Virus record (IMG/VR): IMGVR_UViG_3300036766_000064
Span: 1 to 60,906 of that record
Length of the DNA: 60,906 nucleotides
Direction: 5' to 3' (one strand)
From: a virus
Taxonomy: Duplodnaviria; Caudoviricetes
Below the pieces are notes generated by a model. The model searched no databases. It was not told the DNA's origin and saw nothing but the letters and a program-made list of their open reading frames with translations. Below are positions 46,803-54,997 of this stretch, piece by piece (position 1 is the first letter of the stretch; each line of letters opens with the position of its first letter). A program made the position numbers and the translations under genes.

Positions 46803-47140
46803 GCTGCCCTCGCATACGCTTCAATAGGTGGTTGAGTCGGATCGCTCCAAACAATTCCGTGTTCGGCGCCAAACGCGAACATCAGCTCGATCAACTCGCT
46901 CATTTCCTTTTTCTTCATCCGACTAGTCGAGATGCCGAGCACCACGAATCCACCCCAAATACCCTTTGCGATTCGTTGCTCCCGTTTCAACCCGGCGGTC
47001 ATCATCGTTTTCCAATCCTCCGGCGTGAGCCATTGCAACTCACCATCTACCAGCCATTGAAGTTGCTTGCTGATATCCGTCAGCATCGGCCACATACGCG
47101 AATTCTGGTCAAGCGTTCTCGGCGGGTCGGCAATCTCCAT
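46799..47140 (-). CDS. ninB: NinB/Orf recombination mediator
   Basis: RTLDQNSRMWPMLTDIS, EDWK, STSRMKKKEMSELIE..FGAEHG. Confidence 0.9.
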   Translation of the reverse strand: MEIADPPRTLDQNSRMWPMLTDISKQLQWLVDGELQWLTPEDWKTMMTAGLKREQRIAKGIWGGFVVLGISTSRMKKKEMSELIELMFAFGAEHGIVWSDPTQPPIEAYARAA

Positions 47141-47481
47141 CAGATATATCCAATCTCGACCGCGAGCAGTCCGTGCTTTTCGATAACGCCCCTACGTATT
47201 TCCAATCGGTCGAATTGGTTGTCGTCCTCGATCACGCCGACATGCTGCAGGGCATCGAGGATCGCTTTCCAAAGATTGTCCAGATCGCGCCGACGGGCGT
47301 CCGGCGGGCAGGCAATGACCTCGATGTATAGCCGCCCCTTCATCTTGCGAACCCTGGCGTTGTGGCAGGCTACAAAGACCTCCTTGCGGTACGCCAATCC
47401 CTCGGCACCAATCCGCATTGATCCATTGCGATTGCGCTGCCAGTAGTGATTCACACTCGGCGGGTACGGCAGACGAAACAT
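47140..47481 (-). CDS. rusA: RusA Holliday junction resolvase
   Basis: LPYPPSVNHYW, RRRDLDN..K..LDAL, DD. Confidence 0.92.
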   Translation of the reverse strand: MFRLPYPPSVNHYWQRNRNGSMRIGAEGLAYRKEVFVACHNARVRKMKGRLYIEVIACPPDARRRDLDNLWKAILDALQHVGVIEDDNQFDRLEIRRGVIEKHGLLAVEIGYI

Positions 47482-47501
47482 CACGCCACCCCCATTGTTT
47501 T

Positions 47502-48258
47502 GGGACTTATATACTTAACTCCACTAACCGATTCAACGGCTTGGCTAGTGGGCTTCATCACGCGAACATCCGGGCTTGCCGCTGCGCGTTTTCGATACGC
47601 TGGCAGGCGATGTCGAAGTAGCGCGGATCAATCTCGATCCCGATGAACTTGCGGCTTAAATCCATGCACGCCACGCCAGTCGTGCCGCTGCCCATGAAGG
47701 GGTCGAGGATGGTTTGCGGGTTGCCTGCTTTCTCGATGCACCATTTCATTAAGGCTTCCGGCTTTTGTGTCGGATGCTCTTTCGCAATCTTCGTGTTTAT
47801 GTAAGCATCAGTCCTTGCCATGTCGAAGATGGAAACTTGCCCGCTGAGGTTTGTCCACGCCATTTCGCCGTCGGTCATTAGCGACCGTTGAACTTTATTC
47901 CAAACAAGCCACTTCGATTTAGCTGGGAGTGGAAAGTAATTTCCGCCCCAAATAATAGATACATTCGCGGCGGCAATAACAAGTTTCAATAATTCTTCGT
48001 TTGGTGGCGCTGAGTCCCAATCTGTTGAGTCATACTTTTTCCAATAGCCACCATTTGAAACTCTGCCAGCTACAGCCATGTCAGTCTGCTGCTTATCGTA
48101 GCCAATCCCATACGGCGGATCAGTAATGACGCAATCCACCTTCGGCAGCGTCGGCAGAATCTCAAGGCAATCACCGAGATACAGCGTCGCATTTCCGATG
48201 ACCACGGGGCTATTCATAACCCGCTGATTCCGCTGTGGGAGTCAAGTATATAATTCCC
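47502..48258. mobile_element. 757-bp non-autonomous IS1595-like mobile insertion cassette carrying a DNA methylase
   Basis: TIRs GGGACTTATATACTTAACTCC / GGGAATTATATACTTGACTCC (19/21; 31/41 extended); perfect 8-bp flanking duplication ATTGTTTT (47494-47501, 48259-48266); no transposase. Confidence 0.85.
47558..48217 (-). CDS. N6-adenine DNA methyltransferase (beta class)
   Basis: TDPPYG, HPTQKP, DPFMGSGTT. Confidence 0.92.
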   Translation of the reverse strand: MNSPVVIGNATLYLGDCLEILPTLPKVDCVITDPPYGIGYDKQQTDMAVAGRVSNGGYWKKYDSTDWDSAPPNEELLKLVIAAANVSIIWGGNYFPLPAKSKWLVWNKVQRSLMTDGEMAWTNLSGQVSIFDMARTDAYINTKIAKEHPTQKPEALMKWCIEKAGNPQTILDPFMGSGTTGVACMDLSRKFIGIEIDPRYFDIACQRIENAQRQARMFA

Positions 48259-48758
48259 ATTGTTTTGTCGATCAGCAGGATCAGCGCCTTGATTCTGGCG
48301 CTTGGCTTCAACTTCTTCCCGGGACGGCCTACCGGGTGTCGGGGAGCCTTGGAAACGACTGGCGCCCCCTTGGGCGGTCTAGGTTTTGGTGTTTTGGCCT
48401 TTTTCACCTGCTTCGCGGGCGGCACAAACTTGATTTCCTCGGGAAGCGGCTTGCGCAGCGGGACGGTCACGATGTCCGGTCCCTCCCATGGACAGGGCAA
48501 ATGTGGGGGAGTGCGTTGGTGGTCCAGCACCCGCCATTTGTTCGCCACCATGCCCCCAGCACTCTCCCGGTATTCCGTTTCCGCGGTCCCGTTGACAATC
48601 ACCCTGCAGCTGATCAGCGTTCCATTCGCGCAGTACGGAGCCAGGGCCGGGCCAATCGCTTTACCGGCAACCCCAAGCGCCTCGGCGATCTGCGAGGAGC
48701 GCATTGACCCATTCGCTTTGATAAGCGCAAGACAACGTTGGGCGATGGATTCAGTCAC
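48210..48758 (-). CDS. Winged-HTH protein with Lys/Pro-rich tail
   Basis: MRSSQIAEALGV; GTG start; C-terminus is now supplied by the TIR. Confidence 0.6.
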   Translation of the reverse strand: MTESIAQRCLALIKANGSMRSSQIAEALGVAGKAIGPALAPYCANGTLISCRVIVNGTAETEYRESAGGMVANKWRVLDHQRTPPHLPCPWEGPDIVTVPLRKPLPEEIKFVPPAKQVKKAKTPKPRPPKGAPVVSKAPRHPVGRPGKKLKPSARIKALILLIDKTMGIIYLTPTAESAGYE

Positions 48759-49011
48759 CAAGCCTCCCCTGCATGTACGCAATCCGTTTCTTCCCCTTGC
48801 GTATTTCAACGCGCACCAGGTCGGATACGTTCATCGGTTTGCCGAGGAGTACGCCACCCTCTTTAACGTAACTTGGACGAAGATCAGCGCCGAATGCGTC
48901 ACGCATCGCGGATACGAAAGCTGCGCAGAGGGGGGCGACGGCGTGATTTGTTGACGCCAGTGTTTTACGTTTCGCGCGAGCAGAATCGATGCGATCGGTA
49001 AGGGATTTCAC
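48751..49011 (-). CDS. Hypothetical protein
   Basis: AFVSAMRDAFG motif; GTGA-coupled. Confidence 0.55.
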   Translation of the reverse strand: MKSLTDRIDSARAKRKTLASTNHAVAPLCAAFVSAMRDAFGADLRPSYVKEGGVLLGKPMNVSDLVRVEIRKGKKRIAYMQGRLGD

Positions 49012-49406
49012 GATGCCTCCCGCAATTTGCACTCGCCGCGCTTGATCGCATCCAAATGATCGTAACAGGCATTACCGTGACCGGTGGCTTTGGCGCCCAT
49101 CACAACATCATTCCCACACCCAGGCCAAACACAGGACAATTTTGGAGGTTCCACCGGATCAACCTCTAACTCATCATTCCATTGTTCAGCCCGTAACCAA
49201 GTTGCCGGGTGCGGTATGTAATTTCCCCCATCCTCATAGTTGAAATGTCTGAGGTGCGCCGGCATCGACGCAAGAATTTTCTGGTGTTCGGACGCCGGGA
49301 TTTTTGACCATGCTTTCATAGCGTCGATTTTCTTTACCCTCCGCGGATAAATTTTCCACCACGCCCCAAAGGAATTATCCATATTTCCTTTTAATTTATT
49401 TGACAT
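49008..49406 (-). CDS. Replication protein (replisome-organiser C-terminal type)
   Basis: WKIYPRRVKKIDAMKAW...YIPHPATWL...W.DE. Confidence 0.75.
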   Translation of the reverse strand: MSNKLKGNMDNSFGAWWKIYPRRVKKIDAMKAWSKIPASEHQKILASMPAHLRHFNYEDGGNYIPHPATWLRAEQWNDELEVDPVEPPKLSCVWPGCGNDVVMGAKATGHGNACYDHLDAIKRGECKLREAS

Positions 49407-49436
49407 TTGCTATGCTTTTCAAGTTATGCCTTGAGC

Positions 49437-49616
49437 GGTGGGCGCACCTAGCCATCCCGACTAGGATACGCCTTCAGCCATGCCCTTGATGGAGCCTGAC
49501 ACCCGGAAGCCTTTTCGTCTCAGGCGCTTCCTTCGCCACCTTTTCCGGTATCTCAGACTATCCCACAGTACCGGCTATCCCGTATCCCTGCCGCTGAGTC
49601 CGCGACAAATACGCGG
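49437..49616 (-). ncRNA. Candidate structured RNA (or ssDNA origin element) upstream of the replication gene
   Basis: Nested stems GGTGGCG/CGCCCACC, GCCTGA/TCAGGC, CCTAG/CTAGG, CCGGTA/TACCGG, CCGCG/CGCGG. Confidence 0.5.
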
Positions 49617-49632
49617 CTGTTTCCGTTTCGCC

Positions 49633-49748
49633 AATAGAAAAAGCCCTAGGGAGGCGGGCGGACTGGATACAGTTATGAGCAACTGTGCGAGAGACTTCCC
49701 CGCTTCCGGCCCGCTTTCCTAGGGCTTCTATTCTCATGGCTGTATCCA
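49633..49748 (-). ncRNA. c4/CI-like antisense RNA with upstream target
   Basis: Long closing stem 49633-49650/49718-49732; inner ACAGTT/AACTGT hairpin; 16-nt segment 49664-49679 complementary (14/16) to 49733-49748. Confidence 0.65.
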
Positions 49749-49785
49749 AACAGCACTTACCATTTTCCCCCTTTTTTAACCATTG

Positions 49786-50118
49786 TCAAGCCCTTTCCCA
49801 AACTCGACCCGGCGAACAATGACGATTCGGTGAATTACGCCACCCCACGAATCGAATAATCCCGAGTTTCGCGGCCTTCATGAACACGGGTCCGAAAGCC
49901 TTGGGATTGTCTGGCTGGATCAACCCGTACTCTCTCGACGCAGCGACAAGCTCCTCGGCGATAAATGGGGCACTGTGGTGCATCGCGTAGAGCCGAACGT
50001 ACTCGACGGCTACCCCGGTCCAGCCAGGTGTATCGCGCTCGGTTTTAGCCTGTACGCGGGCTATACCGAGGTCGCGTTCTACGATGGCATCGAAGTTCAA
50101 GGTGGCTTGTTCGCTCAT
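49786..50118 (-). CDS. Hypothetical DNA-binding protein
   Basis: FIAEEL...KAFGPVFMKAAK.GII motif common in phage early genes. Confidence 0.65.
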   Translation of the reverse strand: MSEQATLNFDAIVERDLGIARVQAKTERDTPGWTGVAVEYVRLYAMHHSAPFIAEELVAASREYGLIQPDNPKAFGPVFMKAAKLGIIRFVGWRNSPNRHCSPGRVWERA

Positions 50119-50348
50119 TACGCAGTGCGTTCCGTAGCAATGGCGCGGGCGAACATTTCAGGGAAAAACTCAGAGCACGGGATACCAATCTCGCGCTCGA
50201 TCACTACAGCGAGATCCGGCGTGACCTTACGATTCCCATTCTCGATGCTGCGCAACGTCGATTCGGCAATGCCGAGGCGGAGCGCGAGATCCTTGGGTGG
50301 AATATCGTGAGTTGTGCGGTAGGAGCGAATTCTTTGGCGAGCATGCAT
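50118..50348 (-). CDS. Cro-like XRE HTH regulator
   Basis: DLALRLGIAESTLRSIENGNR; no peptidase domain; first gene of the leftward operon. Confidence 0.85.
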   Translation of the reverse strand: MHARQRIRSYRTTHDIPPKDLALRLGIAESTLRSIENGNRKVTPDLAVVIEREIGIPCSEFFPEMFARAIATERTA

Positions 50349-50355
50349 AATACGC

Positions 50356-50460
50356 ATTGTATTGTCATATACAATCAGTTGTCAATACCCCGCGTATCAG
50401 ACGGGATTTCGACCAACCAACACAATGGGTATTGACATGTACCGATTCTGGTAGTATCGT
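50356..50460. promoter_or_regulatory. Divergent sigma70 promoters with operator palindrome
   Basis: Minus: TTGACA(50385)-N18-TACAAT; plus: TTGACA(50432)-N17-TATCGT; both preceded by GGGTA; palindrome ATTGTAT-N6-ATACAAT at 50356-50375. Confidence 0.8.
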
Positions 50461-50500
50461 TATCCCATCGCCCCACATTTCGGGGCACCGGAGTGACGGC

Positions 50501-50737
50501 ATGACCATCGGCAACGTCCTCAGCATCGTCCTCGGCATCGCCGGCGTCTCTGGCGCATTGATGATTCAGGCGACGTACGAGAAGGGGATTGCTCAAAGCC
50601 GGGCGTTGCCAACGTGCCGCGCGCCGCAGGTGGATGGTGAAGTAACGGTGATCACGATCACGGTGCGCGAGAAAGTTCTCGTGTTCGAGTGCGCCGAGGC
50701 GACCGTTAGGCCAACAAAAAAACGCAAGGGAGGATAG
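50501..50737 (+). CDS. Membrane-anchored hypothetical protein
   Basis: N-terminal TM; RBS GGAG. Confidence 0.6.
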   Translation: MTIGNVLSIVLGIAGVSGALMIQATYEKGIAQSRALPTCRAPQVDGEVTVITITVREKVLVFECAEATVRPTKKRKGG

Positions 50738-50741
50738 AGCC

Positions 50742-50957
50742 ATGCAATCGTTCCGCGAAAAAATATTTTTTGCATTCGGCCTGCACCGGAATACCGGGCG
50801 CACAACGCCGGTGTCCCTGCAGGCGCATCGTGTCGTAGTGCTGCCGTTTGTTCGCACCCGCGGCGTACAACGTCCCGCTTCGTTCAAGATCGGCTTCGAA
50901 AACCGCGACGGCTTGCTCTACATCAAGCCGCTGGCTGCGCAGCCGAGGACCGCATGA
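50742..50957 (+). CDS. Hypothetical protein
   Basis: RBS GGAGG. Confidence 0.5.
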   Translation: MQSFREKIFFAFGLHRNTGRTTPVSLQAHRVVVLPFVRTRGVQRPASFKIGFENRDGLLYIKPLAAQPRTA

Positions 50958-51102
50958 ACAAATTCCGCGCATGGATTGCCCGCACATTTGGCGAACCGCC
51001 GAAGGTAGACCGCCGCATCACCAAGAACGGGAAGCGCGTTCTGGTCGTGCGCAAGGATGATTCCGTGAGGATGCCGCGCGTTGTCCGAGTGAAAGCGCCG
51101 TC

Positions 51103-51372
51103 GTGAATCGACCGGCCTACAACACGAAAGCAGGAAAGGCGTTGGCATTGGTTCAGCAGGGTTTCGTAATCGAACACGACATACCAATCCCACCGGTAGG
51201 TTTGCGCGATGGCAGCGTGGCAAGCACGTTTCGAAAAATGTCGGTCGGTGACTCGGTTGTGATGCCGAACACCAGGCGCAGCTGCATCGCCAGTGTTTCA
51301 AAACTGTGCAACATCAAGGTTACGGCGCGGAGGATCGACAAGAATTCATTTCGCGTTTGGCGCGTGGCGTAG
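51103..51372 (+). CDS. Conserved small phage protein (IEHDIPIP...FRVWRV)
   Basis: 89 aa; MSVGDSV motif. Confidence 0.65.
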   Translation: MNRPAYNTKAGKALALVQQGFVIEHDIPIPPVGLRDGSVASTFRKMSVGDSVVMPNTRRSCIASVSKLCNIKVTARRIDKNSFRVWRVA

Positions 51373-51462
51373 GAAGCCTGCAATCCCTACAGGTGGAAAT
51401 CGGAAACCCTTAGCCCGGAGGTAGGTCGGAAAGACGGTCAAACAATCAACCAAGGAGCAACG

Positions 51463-51804
51463 ATGGAAACGAAACAACTGATTCTGCGCCAAGGCGATGT
51501 TCTGCTGATCGAAGTCGCTTCGATTCCGGAACACTGTAAGCCGGTCAAAAACGAGGGAGAAAGGTGCATTCTCGCGTACGGCGAAGTCACCGGCCATGCA
51601 CATGTTATTCCGGCCAGGTCGGTGCAGCAATTCTGCGATAAGCCGGTGTTCAGTGCCGATGCGGAACGCTACATCCAAATGCTGAATGACGATGCGCTCA
51701 CGCATGAAGAGCATACGGCGCATCCGCTGCCTTCCGGCAAGATGTTTCGCGTGGCAATCCAAAACGAATATTTCCCGCTAGAACTCCGGCGCGTGGCGGA
51801 CTGA
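51463..51804 (+). CDS. His-rich partner of DUF6745-like protein
   Basis: RQGDVLL, GEVTGHAH, LTHEEH, RRVAD. Confidence 0.8.
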   Translation: METKQLILRQGDVLLIEVASIPEHCKPVKNEGERCILAYGEVTGHAHVIPARSVQQFCDKPVFSADAERYIQMLNDDALTHEEHTAHPLPSGKMFRVAIQNEYFPLELRRVAD

Positions 51805-51805
51805 C

Positions 51806-53398
51806 ATGAGCAAAATTGTTCGCACACCATCAAAGGTACTCGGTGGTATAACTGCTGCCGAGCAAGTGCTGCTAAAAGCGCATTCCGCGAAATGGATTGA
51901 CAACGCCATATCAACGGCGCCTGTCGTTCCCAATAGATTGACGGAGGCTATTCAATCTCTATACAAAGCGGTCGGACTGAACCGCCCGCGCGTTGTAATT
52001 GTAGCGAGTCCGTTGGTAATGGCATTTGCCGGAGGATTCGCTGCGGCAATCTGGTGGGCCAGAAAGAACGGTGGGAAATTGAATACGTACGACGCAACGC
52101 GCGACGCAACGTACGCCGCAACGGACGACGCAACGTACGCCGCAACGTACGCCGCAACGCGCGACGCAACGTACGCCGCAACGCACGTCGCAACGGACGA
52201 CGCAACGCGCGTTGCAACGCACGCCGCAACGGACGACGCAACGCGCGACGCAACGCACGCCGCAACGCACGTCGCAACGCGCGTTGCAACGGACGACGCA
52301 ACGCGCGACGCAACGCGCGACGCAACGGACGACGCAACGCGCGACGCAACGCGCGACGCAACGCACGTCGCAACGCGCGACGCAACGTACGCCGCAACGT
52401 ACGACGCAACGCACGTCGCAACGCGCGCCGCAACGTACGCCGCAACGGACGACGCAACGCACGACGCAACGTACGACGCAACGCACGTCGCAACGCGCGT
52501 TGCAACGGACGACGCAACGCGCGACGCAACGCGCGACGCAACGGACGACGCAACGCGCGACGCAACGGACGACGCAACGCGCGTTGCAACGCACGCCGCA
52601 ACGGACGAATACATTTTTTCTTTAATCGCCAAACAACTCGGGGCGGAATTTGGTGTTTCTCCTGCATTTATGCTTCAGTGCGCGCAATCATGGTATCGCA
52701 TGTATCAAGGGGGGAATATGTGGTCAGCGTGGGACTCGTATATCACAGCATTCCGTGATGTGCTTGGCCTAGTATTACCACAACACGAGAAATACAAAGC
52801 GTGGGAGGCATGTTCGGTCGAGGGTGGGTTCCGAATCATGCACGAGGAGTTTTGTATCGTGTGTGATCGCCCCGAGATACTGTTGAAAGACGATCAGAAC
52901 AGGCCACACTCTGCGGTCGGGCCATCGCACCGCTGGCGGGATGGATGGTCACTGTATTATTTTCACGGCGTCAAGGTTCCTGAGTTGATAATCGAACATC
53001 CAGAACAGATTACGATTGTCATGATCGAAACCGAATCGAACGCCGAGGTCCGTCGCGTGATGATGAAGCGTTACGGGTATGAGCGGTACATGGCCGATTG
53101 TGGGGCAAAGGTGATCGAGGAATGTCCTGCCGACTATTCAGCCGTCGGTTTGCGCACGGCGCGTTTGCTCTACAAGGAAGTGAAGGACGACGAACCGATC
53201 TGCTACGTCGATATGCTGAATTCGACGCCAGAGCCTGATGGTTCGGTCAAGCGTTATATGATCCGTGTCGATCCGAATGCGTATGGCGGCGCAGCGTCAA
53301 AATCGCTACTGGCTGGCATGGCGTCAACGTGGCGCGATGGGAAGGGTGGTATGCTGTTCGAGCGCCCGCAGGACTATCAGCCCGTGATCGAGACTTAG
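51806..53398 (+). CDS. DUF6745-like protein with central xxAT tetrapeptide repeats
   Basis: HSAVGPSHRWRDGWSLYYFHGV, ESNAEVRRVM, NSTPEPDG motifs. Confidence 0.8.
   Translation: MSKIVRTPSKVLGGITAAEQVLLKAHSAKWIDNAISTAPVVPNRLTEAIQSLYKAVGLNRPRVVIVASPLVMAFAGGFAAAIWWARKNGGKLNTYDATRDATYAATDDATYAATYAATRDATYAATHVATDDATRVATHAATDDATRDATHAATHVATRVATDDATRDATRDATDDATRDATRDATHVATRDATYAATYDATHVATRAATYAATDDATHDATYDATHVATRVATDDATRDATRDATDDATRDATDDATRVATHAATDEYIFSLIAKQLGAEFGVSPAFMLQCAQSWYRMYQGGNMWSAWDSYITAFRDVLGLVLPQHEKYKAWEACSVEGGFRIMHEEFCIVCDRPEILLKDDQNRPHSAVGPSHRWRDGWSLYYFHGVKVPELIIEHPEQITIVMIETESNAEVRRVMMKRYGYERYMADCGAKVIEECPADYSAVGLRTARLLYKEVKDDEPICYVDMLNSTPEPDGSVKRYMIRVDPNAYGGAASKSLLAGMASTWRDGKGGMLFERPQDYQPVIET
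52088..52603 (+). repeat. 43 x 12-bp tandem repeat (NNC GNY GCA ACG)
   Basis: Invariant GCAACG core; 9 unit types. Confidence 0.95.
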
Positions 53399-53406
53399 GA
53401 GTCACT

Positions 53407-53754
53407 ATGCACCCTTCCGGATCTTTTGTGCGTGACGCCCAAGCCGAGTACGACAGTATGGCGAGTATCGGCGAACTGATCGACCGCTACTGTGAGGATC
53501 ACGTATCCTTGGTGCTAGTCGATGGTGGAGCGTTGCGAGAATTATCCGCCGAATACGAACCCGACTTCTGGAACGAGCTCGCGGTTGTATTCTCGCTGAT
53601 CGACAAAGCAATCGCCGGTGAGCGCCGCGAACAGAAATTATTGTTCGGCATGGTCAACAGCATCCGGGATCGGTTCGCTGCGGCTGCACGAGTGGACTAC
53701 ACGCCCACCGCAACGAGCGCCGCCCATGAAGCGCAAGGGGCTGACCGTGAATGA
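53407..53754 (+). CDS. Hypothetical protein
   Basis: Start MHPSG after AGGAG. Confidence 0.55.
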   Translation: MHPSGSFVRDAQAEYDSMASIGELIDRYCEDHVSLVLVDGGALRELSAEYEPDFWNELAVVFSLIDKAIAGERREQKLLFGMVNSIRDRFAAAARVDYTPTATSAAHEAQGADRE

Positions 53755-53908
53755 CGGGGGTATTCAGTGGTACGCCCAACAAGGCCAGTGGGAGGAATAC
53801 CAAGAATGGCTTGCTGACCCCAAAGCGCAAGCCGAATACCGGGAATATCTGACTCAACACGAAACCAACCAGGAGAATAGAAATGAGCCGTCACGCATCT
53901 GGAAGTGA
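53747..53908 (+). CDS. Hypothetical protein
   Basis: GTG start, overlaps neighbours. Confidence 0.45.
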   Translation: MNDGGIQWYAQQGQWEEYQEWLADPKAQAEYREYLTQHETNQENRNEPSRIWK

Positions 53909-54530
53909 TTTCAAACAACCCCCTACCGGCACCCATATCGCACGGTGCATCCGGCTGGTGGACCTCGGGACGCAGCATTCCGAGTACATGGGCGAACCCA
54001 CGTCAAACCCGCAAGTTCTGGTGACGTGGGAATTACCCGGAGAACAAATGGAGGATGGTAAGCCATTCACCATTTCCAAGTTCTACAACATATACCTGTC
54101 GTCCAAAGCGACGTTGCGCAAGGACCTCGAAGGTTGGCGCGGCCGATCCTTCACCGCGGAGGAACTGAAAAAGTTTGACCTGCAGAACGTCTTGGGAAAA
54201 CCCTGCATGTTGAACGCCGTCGAAAACGACAAACAGAAAACGATTGTCGCCAGTGTGTCGGGACTCCCGAAGGGAATCACTTGCCCGCCGGCGATCAACG
54301 CGCTTTCCGCCTTCTGGCTGGACGAGTGGGACGAACAGAAATATTCGGCGTTGCCCGAGGGGCTGCAAAAGCTGATCGCTAAATCCGACGAGTTCAAGGC
54401 GATGCACGCACCCGTCAAATCCGGCAATGGGTTCGACGACATGGAAGATGATGGGCCCGGAAGCCAGCAGTTTGAGCAGACCAGGAAGCAAGAGGCAGAC
54501 GCCGACATTCCTTTTAGGCGCGCGGCCTAG
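53883..54530 (+). CDS. Putative single-stranded DNA-binding protein
   Basis: GTHIARC..VDLGTQ, LRKDLEGWRGR, LGKPC; acidic tail with DIPF. Confidence 0.7.
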   Translation: MSRHASGSDFKQPPTGTHIARCIRLVDLGTQHSEYMGEPTSNPQVLVTWELPGEQMEDGKPFTISKFYNIYLSSKATLRKDLEGWRGRSFTAEELKKFDLQNVLGKPCMLNAVENDKQKTIVASVSGLPKGITCPPAINALSAFWLDEWDEQKYSALPEGLQKLIAKSDEFKAMHAPVKSGNGFDDMEDDGPGSQQFEQTRKQEADADIPFRRAA

Positions 54531-54550
54531 GATAACCGCGACAACAACCT

Positions 54551-54997
54551 ATGAACAAAGTTTGTTTCAAGTGCCATCAAGAAAAGGATGCCGAGGATTT
54601 CTATCGGCATCCAAAGATGGGAGACGGGCATGTGAGTAAATGCAAGGAATGTACCAAAGATGATGTATCAAAAAATCGGCATGAAATGGCAGATTACTAT
54701 CGTGCCTATGATGTGTCGCGAGCGATACTTCCGCATCGAAAGGCAATGGCTTTAACAAACTCACGGCGCCTTAATAAAGAGGTTCCAGGCTATATGAAAT
54801 CACATAACGCCGTTGCCAGGGCCGTTAAGAGTGGGCGCCTTATTCGTCAGGCATGCCAAATGTGTTCGCGCATTGACGTACACGCGCACCACGACGATTA
54901 CAGCAAGCCACTAGAGGTTCTGTGGCTATGTCCAGTTCATCACAAAGCACGACACGCTTTTCTTGAATATATAGACTCGCAAAAGGAATCCGCATGA
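54551..54997 (+). CDS. HNH-type endonuclease with Zn fingers
   Basis: CxxC x3, HAHHDDYSKPLEV.WLC..HH; lower GC than neighbours. Confidence 0.8.
   Translation: MNKVCFKCHQEKDAEDFYRHPKMGDGHVSKCKECTKDDVSKNRHEMADYYRAYDVSRAILPHRKAMALTNSRRLNKEVPGYMKSHNAVARAVKSGRLIRQACQMCSRIDVHAHHDDYSKPLEVLWLCPVHHKARHAFLEYIDSQKESA

Noticed and set aside
51373-51462. Possible structured RNA before the His-rich gene
   Set aside because: Only short stems (CCTAC/GTAGG, GTC/GAC); not enough without covariation.
52088-52603. CRISPR array or DGR variable region
   Set aside because: 12-bp in-frame units with no unique spacers; no cas or reverse transcriptase gene and no template/variable repeat pair seen.
51948-52758. Five long overlapping ORFs in other frames
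   Set aside because: Stop-free by-products of the 12-bp repeat.
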